Below are positions 7,434 through 15,355 of a stretch of 61,524 nt of DNA, in pieces (the first letter of the stretch is position 1; the number at the start of each line of letters is the position of its first letter). This stretch comes from Candidatus Altiarchaeota archaeon (GTDB lineage Archaea; Altiarchaeota; Altiarchaeia; IMC4; JBDREA01), in assembly GCA_043820265.1 (NCBI GenBank), contig JBDREA010000097.1, forward strand, positions 1 to 61,524, written 5' to 3'. A program made the translations under genes and the position numbers. The notes beneath the pieces are model-generated. The model did not search any database and was not told where the DNA came from. It was given only the letters and a program-made list of their open reading frames with translations.

Positions 7434-10400
7434 ATGGCGAGGGGAAAGGTGGTATCTGGGGGCCAAAGACTAGTTCAAAAACCCCCAATATTAGATTTTA
7501 CTGAACTTGATTCACTTCTTAAGACCGCGGGACCTCAAGTCCAAGAAAATGTTTCTGGCTGGATAGATTTTCTAGAGGTAGGAGGCTACCAAGGTAGCAG
7601 ATTGTCCAGATCGATCGGGAGGGCTCTATCCTCCTACGATCAATTTTATATGGCCCACTTTCTCTCAAAAATGGGTTTTGGAGCTCCGAGAATTGCACCT
7701 ATTGTAGGATTACGGAAGGCGGATAGTGTTAGCCAATATTTAGAAAGGGAAATTCCTCTAAAGTATTCGGGTGCATCTATCGCAAGAGGTGAGAGTAATA
7801 GGGATGCTGCTCCCATACCATTCGTTGAGTCAGAGGAATTTGCTTATCTTCTAGGAGCATATTTAGGTCAGAAAAATAGACCAGGAAATCCTCGGTGCAT
7901 CTCCTTCGTTTCTGATTCGGCCAAAGTGTTGCATAGGATTTCCAGTACATGCAGGCATTTATTTGATGATAACCGAGAAGAACCAGTCGAACCTGTTACA
8001 TCTGATGATGGAAAACCGACTGGTTTTCATAGATTTTTCTACTATTCTAACGAATTGACACAATACCTCAGAAGCATAACTGATGGTAAAAAACGTCTTC
8101 CATGGGAGCATCTTCAGTCCAAAGCAGAAAAGATCGCGTTCCTGCAAGGATTCTTTGATGTTTCAGGTCACGTTTATACTGGAAAACATGCAAAAACAGA
8201 CAGACCACTCACCGTAGGACTCCGTAGTGAAAAACCTAATAGTCAAATACCGATGCTAGAGGATGTTCAAGCGTTATTATACGATTTAGACATATTTTCT
8301 CTTGTCGCCCCCTACCCAAACGATCGTTGTCGGTTGAAGATTGGTCTAAGAGAGGATGCTAAACGACTTGTTGATATAGGGGTTTTTACGGATGTAGAAA
8401 GGTTAGGGAAGTTACAGGTTGCGATTTCTGCGGGGGAAGAAGCTCCCTCAATTATAGGGATTCACTTGATGGATACCCTACGGAAAAAACGCGGTATTGC
8501 GCTCAAAGAGAAAATGGCATCTCGCCCCGATCACAGATCGATTGGATTTTTCCACAGAAACGTAGCTCCAATACCTGCACTAGCTCAGAGGGCAGCCAAG
8601 ATAGATTTAGATGAACTTAAGAGGAGATATATTGTTCTTGGAGGAGCAATGGGTATTGTTGAGCTTCGTTTGAATCCACAGTTGATTCTTCTTTCCCCTC
8701 AGGAATTCGAGCAGAGGTTTGGGGAAGAAGTGGAAATAAAGGCGAAAGCAGAGGAGAAAATAACTCCAATAATACAATCGGGTTCACCAGCAACTGAAGC
8801 CATGAAAGCTCTTGAGCTTTTATCTGAGTACCGTGCTGAAGGCAAAAGCCTTGAAAATGGCAGCGAAGACGAAAAAACACTTTTTACTGGCCTTCGAAGC
8901 CTTAATCCAGAAACACACCAGGGTGAATGGGGACGCCTTCTGAACTTCCTAGCTCATCAAAAACAGGGATTGGTTAAACGAACTTCTAAGGCATTCAAGA
9001 ATACTGGAATAGAAGAAGATGATCTAATCCAAATGGGAAATGTTGGATTAACCAGGGCATTATTGAAATACACTCCAGGGAGCGGAGCGTCATTTGACTC
9101 ATATGCGCATTGGTTCATCTATGGCGGCGTCATTGATGAATTAAGGATAACTGGGCGTTCCTCTGATCCAGTTAAGCTATCCAGGAAGCTGTTTAAGGAT
9201 ATGGGTAAGGTGGATACTGCAATCAGTCAACTCGAGCAGGAGTCGGGTGTGTATCCGACAACTGAAAAGATCGCACAGAGAGCAGGATTAAATCCTGATA
9301 AAGTGATGGAAATCAAACAACTTTGGACCACAGACCTTGAACTTGACAGGCTTGTAGACGATGGAGAACATGAGAGTACTCGCCAACTACCTGCCCTTGA
9401 TGGCCTAGCTGATTTCCGGACTCCGGATCGAGTAACAGAGACCAGGGAGAAAATGCAGATTCTTCAAGCACAGATAGCCGATCTTCCAGCCGAAGAAGGT
9501 TTTGTATTGAAGTTGAGAGAAGGTATCGGCACAAAAAATCACAGAAAGTACACAAACGATGAGATAGGTTCTGCATTAGGGGTTGATGATACTCGAGTCT
9601 CCCAGATCTATTCAAACGCTATTGATAAGCTAAAGAAAATCAATTATTCTTCTCGGGAAGCTCGCCAAGCCAAAGTTAGTAACTCTGATGTCGTCCTCTT
9701 CGAGGAGCTTGGCTGGACTCCCAGGAAACCTTTTTTCGACAGCCTTTGTCATGTACCTCATGATTGGCTGAGAGAAGCGATCACTGACATCCGCAAAAAT
9801 AATATTACGTTACCACCAAACATAGCTAAGGTTTTATTTATCCTGTTTCCTCTTGATCCAGTTCAGGAACAAACCAAGGACTTCCCACCTGAAATCATTT
9901 CTAATCTGCCTCGAAGTGAAAGAGTCATCTATAAACTACGCAATGGGATTGGAACTGAAAATGGATGGCGTTATTCGGCTGAAGGCATCGGCCTTATGTT
10001 CGGATTCTCCCCTGATCGTGTTAGAGACATGGAAAGGAAGGCTCTGACTACTCTTGAGGCACGAAAGGTAGATGCTAATACTGTAAGATCCGGAAGACGG
10101 TTGAAGCCCAATTATGCTCACATGGATAATGCAGACGTTTTTATCGCTGAACAGCTACATATCACATTTCAGGATCCAAGATTCACAGAGCTTGAGGAAC
10201 TCGGGGAGAAACTTCTTCGAGGAGAAGTTGCTAGACTTCATGATAAGAGGATCTCCTCAACTTCAGATATGATTGACCTACTCTTAAAGCATCCTCAAAT
10301 ACATCGAAACCGAGATTATAAGGCGAGAGTAGTGTCTCTAATCCCATTAAAGCAAGGACTTATATGGAAGCTTATGAATGGAATCGGGACTAGTGGGGGG

Positions 10401-10487
10401 AGATACACTCTAAGCAGATTAGTAAATGAGTTCAACCTTTCTCCAGGTTACGTAACACCTATGCTACAAAAAGCAGAAAAAACCTAG
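7434..10487 (+). CDS. LAGLIDADG-like domain / sigma-70-like (regions 2, 3, 4) fusion protein with two additional region-4-like HTH modules
   Basis: LAGLIDADG-like motifs FAYLLGAYLGQ (about 7839) and IAFLQGFFDVSGHV (about 8132). Sigma region 2 is DDLIQMGNVGLTRALLKYTPGSGASFDSYAHWFIYGGVIDELRI (about 8925-9155). Region 3 is about 9175-9325. Region 4 is FVLKLREGIG...YTNDEIGSALGVDDTRVSQIYSNAIDKLKK (about 9436-9640). Extra region-4 copies lie at about 9906-10062 and about 10341-10484. Start set at ATG 7434; the track start at 7290 overlaps the tautomerase gene. Confidence 0.8.
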   Translation: MARGKVVSGGQRLVQKPPILDFTELDSLLKTAGPQVQENVSGWIDFLEVGGYQGSRLSRSIGRALSSYDQFYMAHFLSKMGFGAPRIAPIVGLRKADSVSQYLEREIPLKYSGASIARGESNRDAAPIPFVESEEFAYLLGAYLGQKNRPGNPRCISFVSDSAKVLHRISSTCRHLFDDNREEPVEPVTSDDGKPTGFHRFFYYSNELTQYLRSITDGKKRLPWEHLQSKAEKIAFLQGFFDVSGHVYTGKHAKTDRPLTVGLRSEKPNSQIPMLEDVQALLYDLDIFSLVAPYPNDRCRLKIGLREDAKRLVDIGVFTDVERLGKLQVAISAGEEAPSIIGIHLMDTLRKKRGIALKEKMASRPDHRSIGFFHRNVAPIPALAQRAAKIDLDELKRRYIVLGGAMGIVELRLNPQLILLSPQEFEQRFGEEVEIKAKAEEKITPIIQSGSPATEAMKALELLSEYRAEGKSLENGSEDEKTLFTGLRSLNPETHQGEWGRLLNFLAHQKQGLVKRTSKAFKNTGIEEDDLIQMGNVGLTRALLKYTPGSGASFDSYAHWFIYGGVIDELRITGRSSDPVKLSRKLFKDMGKVDTAISQLEQESGVYPTTEKIAQRAGLNPDKVMEIKQLWTTDLELDRLVDDGEHESTRQLPALDGLADFRTPDRVTETREKMQILQAQIADLPAEEGFVLKLREGIGTKNHRKYTNDEIGSALGVDDTRVSQIYSNAIDKLKKINYSSREARQAKVSNSDVVLFEELGWTPRKPFFDSLCHVPHDWLREAITDIRKNNITLPPNIAKVLFILFPLDPVQEQTKDFPPEIISNLPRSERVIYKLRNGIGTENGWRYSAEGIGLMFGFSPDRVRDMERKALTTLEARKVDANTVRSGRRLKPNYAHMDNADVFIAEQLHITFQDPRFTELEELGEKLLRGEVARLHDKRISSTSDMIDLLLKHPQIHRNRDYKARVVSLIPLKQGLIWKLMNGIGTSGGRYTLSRLVNEFNLSPGYVTPMLQKAEKT

Positions 10488-10764
10488 CTGAACACCTACG
10501 TATTAAAACACCAGTAGGTGACTTAGCAACCAACAATAGCGACGTTTGCGCCGTAGAAGAACTTAGACTAAAACCAAGCGATCCTCGGATTAAACCTTTA
10601 TCTACTCTACCCGAGGCTACTATGCGAAAAAAAATAGCCGAACTTCGGAACCAAAAAAAATCCAATCCAGAAATCATTTCAGAGCTTGTTGCACTCGCTA
10701 CTTGGGATCAGAATTGTTTTTAAGAACTCTCTTTTTTCTAAGCGATCAAGATAACTGATTATAT

Positions 10765-11244
10765 TCATCTTTCTTTCAGCACGACTGACGTTTCCACTTG
10801 TCTTTCTGGTATCTTCCAGTATTTTCTTAGTAGCCTTTCTTTTTCACTGTGGGATACGACTTTGAATCCGTGTTTTTCGTAGAATTTTATCGCCCAAGAT
10901 GCGTCAGCCCAGGTTCCGATCAGGAGAGGTTTGTTCGTTTTTTTTCTGAGGTGGGTGAGCAACTCACTTCCTATTCCTCTTTTTTGTTTTTCCTTTAGGA
11001 CGTAAGCGTGTCGAATTAATGTGATGTCTTTAAGTTCCTGGATGCCCATCACACCCACAAGAACTCCATTATCCTCTGATCCCCAAAACACAACGCCAGC
11101 ATCGATCTCTCCTCGCAATTCTTCTTTAGGCATATATGGTTCATGCCAGCAGTCAGCGGGGATGACGCACTTGTAAGCGAAGGCTGCCTCATTTATTATC
11201 TCAAAGACAGCATCGAAGTCGTCGGAAGTGCATTGGGTGATCAT
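10765..11244 (-). CDS. GNAT-family N-acetyltransferase
   Basis: Acetyl-CoA binding motif KEKQKRGIGSELLTHL, then a C-terminal ...AIKFYEKHGFKVV. 159 aa. Confidence 0.85.
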   Translation of the reverse strand: MITQCTSDDFDAVFEIINEAAFAYKCVIPADCWHEPYMPKEELRGEIDAGVVFWGSEDNGVLVGVMGIQELKDITLIRHAYVLKEKQKRGIGSELLTHLRKKTNKPLLIGTWADASWAIKFYEKHGFKVVSHSEKERLLRKYWKIPERQVETSVVLKER

Positions 11245-11250
11245 GTTTCC

Positions 11251-11856
11251 TCAAGTTTCCACTTTTTTATAGTAGCATCTTTCATTGGTTTTTGGGACCT
11301 TGCTTTTTTCTGGAACCTCGCATTTGGATCCCCACTCATACACCTTCCAGTTGGTACCCGGGACCTGGTTGCACTCCTCTTCTATGAGTCCTTCGTTTTT
11401 TGATTTCCACAATCCCCTCAACTTTTCGCAGTAGTCTTTTTGGGAGATGCATCCTTCAACTTCGTCGAAGATTAGGTGGCCAAGGGTCTTTCTGTCATAG
11501 GATTCATGGTATTTACAGTTGCAATTTTCCTTGAAGATCCAATCTCCGCCGGTGTCCCTGCAAAGCAAGACTGATTTTTTGACCTTCTCGATTTCAGCCC
11601 TCCTCTTGTTTATCATATCTGAGTACTTGGGGTCGATAGTTGAGCAGCCGTTGAACTGGATGTCCTCACAAAAATCGCAGCTTGGACCGTAAGCAGATTG
11701 ACAAATCTCTTTTAAAAAGCATTCTGTTTCGTCAAGATTGGAACAATCGTCTTTATGGATTAGAGCGGTGTTTTTTTCGATGCAACCCGACATGAGAATT
11801 ACTATAAGAAGCACTCCGATGCAGATAACTAATATGGGCTTTTTTTCCTTGGCCAC
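11251..11856 (-). CDS. Cys-rich secreted lipoprotein-like protein
   Basis: N-terminal signal with lipobox-like LMSGC, followed by a domain of about 170 aa with many Cys residues. No family recognised. Confidence 0.55.
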   Translation of the reverse strand: MAKEKKPILVICIGVLLIVILMSGCIEKNTALIHKDDCSNLDETECFLKEICQSAYGPSCDFCEDIQFNGCSTIDPKYSDMINKRRAEIEKVKKSVLLCRDTGGDWIFKENCNCKYHESYDRKTLGHLIFDEVEGCISQKDYCEKLRGLWKSKNEGLIEEECNQVPGTNWKVYEWGSKCEVPEKSKVPKTNERCYYKKVET

Positions 11857-11861
11857 TTTCC

Positions 11862-13367
11862 CTATTCAGTGACTTCTTTCAGTATTACTCCGCCTACTCG
11901 AACTGGATTCAATTCTTTATTGAATCGGATTGCTTCGGTTAGCTTGTGTTCGTTTTCAGAGTAGATGGTGAAGAGGGGTTGGTTTTCTTCTACTTCGTCT
12001 CCGACTCTGACGTGAAGGTAGACTCCTGCGCCCTGGTCTTTGGGTGCTCCTGCGTTTCTTGCCACCTTTGATATCTTCTTGTTGTCGATGTGTCTTACGG
12101 TACCTTTTATCGGGGACTTGATGATGTGTGTTTTGTCTCCGATTGGTATGTCTTCAGCGGTCACTTGTGGGTCTCCGCCTTGGGCAGCGATTATTTCCTT
12201 CATCTTCTCGTAGGCTTTACCGGATTTAAGGATCTCTTCGGCCATCTTTCGGCCCTCCTTTTTCGGCACCTTGCCTGATAGCTCAAAGAGTATTCCTGCG
12301 AGGTCAAGAGACTTGTTTATCAAATCGACCGGCCCTTTGTTTTGAAGGGCCAAAAGCACATCTCGCGCTTCGAGGGCTGGGCCGATCCCCGAACCGATTG
12401 GCGCGCTTCCGTCGGTTATCAGGCATTCCACGGACATATCCAGCCTTTTACCTAACTCGATGAATTTGTGGGCTAGGGAAGTTGCTTCTGTCATGTCTGC
12501 GATCTTTGCCCCCTCGCCTACGGGGATGTCTATGACGACGTAGTCTGATCCGACGCTCTTCTTTTTTGCCATCACAGATGCGAGGACCTGTCCTTCGGGG
12601 TCGATCGACAAAGGATATTCTACTTGAATAATTCTGTCGTCTGCGGGCGCCAGATTGACTGCTCCCCCCCAGATAATGCAGCCGTTTGTTTTTTTCACTA
12701 TTTTTCTCAGCTCGTCGATTGAGAATTCGACGGGTGCCAGGACCTCCATTGTGTCTGATGTGCCTGCTGGTGACGTGATCGCTCTTGAGCTGGTCTTCGG
12801 CATCGTGTATCCAGCAGCGGCAAGTATTGGAACCACTATCATTGTCGTACGGTTTCCCGCCACTCCTCCGATACAGTGTTTGTCGACGATATCGGTTCCG
12901 AAGTCTATCTGTTGTCCAGTCTCGACCATGGCTTTGGTCAAAGCCACGGTTTCGTCCATGTCGTAGCCGTTTATGAAAGCCGAGGTTATGTAGGCTGTCA
13001 GCTCCACATCGCTTAGGTTGTTGTCGACGACGTCTTGGATTATCGTTCTGATCTCACTGGATTCGAGCTTTTTCCCCTCCATTTTTTTCCGAATGTATCT
13101 TATGGATTGGGGTTGGTTTGTAACGGTTATATCGACTTCGTCTCCTTCCTTTACATTCAACGCTTTTATCAGGTCCTCAAAGAGAGCTATTTCTCCTTCT
13201 TCGACGAACGTTGTGGTCGAGTCTGTTATGGCTGTGGCAATCGATTTTCCTGCATTGATCTTGATCCTGTCCGATACGTGTATTCCGAGCTCCTTCATGT
13301 CCTCTAAGCTCAAGACAGCAACTAGCTTTCCGGTCTCAACTGCAATGACTTTTACCTTACGTTTCAT
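11862..13367 (-). CDS. AMP phosphorylase / thymidine phosphorylase family protein (archaeal long form)
   Basis: About 500 aa with an extra N-terminal domain, then glycosyltransferase family 3 motifs (DKHCIGGVAGNRTT, TSSRAITSPAGTSD) and a C-terminal PYNP domain. Start set at ATG 13367 (MKRKVKV). Confidence 0.9.
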   Translation of the reverse strand: MKRKVKVIAVETGKLVAVLSLEDMKELGIHVSDRIKINAGKSIATAITDSTTTFVEEGEIALFEDLIKALNVKEGDEVDITVTNQPQSIRYIRKKMEGKKLESSEIRTIIQDVVDNNLSDVELTAYITSAFINGYDMDETVALTKAMVETGQQIDFGTDIVDKHCIGGVAGNRTTMIVVPILAAAGYTMPKTSSRAITSPAGTSDTMEVLAPVEFSIDELRKIVKKTNGCIIWGGAVNLAPADDRIIQVEYPLSIDPEGQVLASVMAKKKSVGSDYVVIDIPVGEGAKIADMTEATSLAHKFIELGKRLDMSVECLITDGSAPIGSGIGPALEARDVLLALQNKGPVDLINKSLDLAGILFELSGKVPKKEGRKMAEEILKSGKAYEKMKEIIAAQGGDPQVTAEDIPIGDKTHIIKSPIKGTVRHIDNKKISKVARNAGAPKDQGAGVYLHVRVGDEVEENQPLFTIYSENEHKLTEAIRFNKELNPVRVGGVILKEVTE

Positions 13368-13434
13368 TTTATCGAAATCAAATTTATCCAATAATAAAGG
13401 GATGCCTGTACTACACATTCAGGTTTTATTTTTT

Positions 13435-14442
13435 TTAGTACTGCATCATTCCCCCTAGGAAGTAGTCTAAGATAAAGCCACCTAAAAAGAATAGGCTTAA
13501 GGCGATAATAACAAGTATTGGGAAGAATTTAAATCCGTCTCTTTCTTCACCTTTCATTATCAAGCCCATGACCATTGCACCGAAAAATGACGAGGCGATG
13601 AGGGAACCTATGGAGTACAACCTGATGAATTCCGGGGTTATCTGCATTTTTGTTATTGAGATCGGCATGGCTCCTGATCCTTCTCCTCCTGCGGGCATGT
13701 CAGCAGCGATTGTGTTCATCATGCCCCCCATCAGGTTCACGAGGAAGGATGACATGGCATAAAGCGCCGGGGCTCCAATGCCAATCGCTATGAAGATGAA
13801 GAACACATACATCAGTACGGATGCGGAGATCTCTTTTTGGATCATTTGTTGATCTCTTAGGTCGTCTGCGGTCTGGTCGAGGAGATCAGCCAGTTTTCCG
13901 CCTGAATTGATGCTTTGGATTATGAGGTCCATGGTTCGCTCGAGGTTCGTTGATCTAACGTTTTTTCCGGTTTTTTGCAGTGCTTCGGTCAAGCTTCTAC
14001 CAGCCATTGCCTCTTTTCCTATTCTTTTTATCTCCAAGCTGAAGTAACCGAATTCTGGCCTTGCCGCAAGAAGAAGTGCTTTGTCTGTCGTCAGTCCTGC
14101 TCTGATGTTTGAGCTCATCAGTTGCAGGGCGTCTGGCAGGGCAGTTTCGACTTCTCTGGCCTTGGAGTCGGCAGATAATAGCACAAGCATGTAGATGAGT
14201 CCTTCGAACAATACGAAAAAGACGAGGATTCCGATCAATAGATTGATTGGTCCCCAAATGTTGATGAGGTCATAGGCTTCAATAAGGGATCCCATTATGA
14301 ATCCGAAAAATAATCCTAAAAGAAGCATTGAACCCATGAATGTGTCTGGGGGGGTTTGAATCCTAGAGAACCTCAGTAACTGGCGGTACTTTATTCTTGT
14401 ACCGCGGGGGAGAACCTTCACGATTGGATTGAATACATTCAT
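13435..14442 (-). CDS. type II secretion system F-domain membrane protein (TadC/PilC-like)
   Basis: 335 aa. Cytoplasmic helical T2SS-F domain (ALPDALQLMSSNIRAGLTTDKALLLA) flanked by TM segments. Adjacent to a second T2SS-F gene and the ATPase. Confidence 0.85.
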   Translation of the reverse strand: MNVFNPIVKVLPRGTRIKYRQLLRFSRIQTPPDTFMGSMLLLGLFFGFIMGSLIEAYDLINIWGPINLLIGILVFFVLFEGLIYMLVLLSADSKAREVETALPDALQLMSSNIRAGLTTDKALLLAARPEFGYFSLEIKRIGKEAMAGRSLTEALQKTGKNVRSTNLERTMDLIIQSINSGGKLADLLDQTADDLRDQQMIQKEISASVLMYVFFIFIAIGIGAPALYAMSSFLVNLMGGMMNTIAADMPAGGEGSGAMPISITKMQITPEFIRLYSIGSLIASSFFGAMVMGLIMKGEERDGFKFFPILVIIALSLFFLGGFILDYFLGGMMQY

Positions 14443-14449
14443 CTTTTTT

Positions 14450-15355
14450 TTAGTTACCTATTAGATTTGGTCTTTTGGATTTTATTATTCCCATGAATAT
14501 GAATTGCATGATGGCTGTTCCTCCAAAGAGCATGTAGTATGTCTGCTCTCTTCCAATGGCTTCCATTCCTGGGAAAGTTGAGAGGATGATGAGCATTGTT
14601 ATCCCAAGTGACGGCAGGATAACTGCAACCATCATATACATCATCGCTAGGGGATTGAGTATGCTCTTGTATCTCCTTATCTCGATTAGCTGTTCTTTGG
14701 AGAGGCTTGATATGACGTTTGCGATGTTGTCTCCGACGTCTGATCCGCTTTTTAGGCTGTTTACGAGCTGCCAGATTGCGCGTCTAAAATAAAGCGAGGG
14801 ATTCCTGTTGGCGAGTTCCTCGAGAGCGTTGACTACTGGTTCGCCGGCATTGACCTTTTCTATTACTGTTTTGAATTCCCCTGTTATTGGTCCGTAGTCT
14901 CCTGTCGAAAGAGATGCTAGGGAATTGAAGACTGGTACGCCTGATCTAATCTGTACTAACACGGTTCTTAATGCGAATAGCAGGTTTCTTTCAAGATATT
15001 TTACTCTTTTATTGACAAGGGATTTTGGATACATCAAAAGGTAGGCGAACATCCCGAATCCCACTATTCCTCCGAAGATGGGTCCTATGACGGGGTGTTC
15101 TCCCCCACCAACTAAGATGACGTAATATATGGGTATCGTGACCAGTATGAACATGAATATCCCCATGAAAAAGGCTATTGCAATGTAATCCCTGGAATTT
15201 ATCTTGTATTCGTCTGTGAGGCCTGATTGTTTTAGAAGGGAGTCTACGTTGGGAAAGAGCCTGAGAAAAAATGACCCTATTCCCCTGAATATATGGGATG
15301 CCGAGCGAATGCCCGGTGAGGCTAGGAATTTAAGCTTCTGTTTTCTTTCTATCAT
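14450..15355 (-). CDS. type II secretion system F-domain membrane protein (TadB/PilC-like)
   Basis: 301 aa with the T2SS-F pattern (NLLFALRTVLVQIRSGVPVFNSLASL...). Its start overlaps the ATPase gene end by 26 nt. Confidence 0.85.
   Translation of the reverse strand: MIERKQKLKFLASPGIRSASHIFRGIGSFFLRLFPNVDSLLKQSGLTDEYKINSRDYIAIAFFMGIFMFILVTIPIYYVILVGGGEHPVIGPIFGGIVGFGMFAYLLMYPKSLVNKRVKYLERNLLFALRTVLVQIRSGVPVFNSLASLSTGDYGPITGEFKTVIEKVNAGEPVVNALEELANRNPSLYFRRAIWQLVNSLKSGSDVGDNIANVISSLSKEQLIEIRRYKSILNPLAMMYMMVAVILPSLGITMLIILSTFPGMEAIGREQTYYMLFGGTAIMQFIFMGIIKSKRPNLIGN

Noticed and set aside
10459-10725. A minus-strand 72-aa ORF (10459-10677), and a plus-strand frame that stays open for about 95 codons from before the sigma-like gene's stop (...AEHLRIKTPVGDLATNNSDVCAVEELRLKPSDPRIKPLSTLPEATMRKKIAELRNQKKSNPEIISELVALATWDQNCF).
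   Set aside because: The minus ORF is low-complexity and lies antisense to the gene end. The plus-frame stretch has no start codon before an internal ATG that would give only 33 aa, and I see no slippery site or homology to support a frameshift extension. It is worth a quick check only if homologs of the sigma-like protein are longer.
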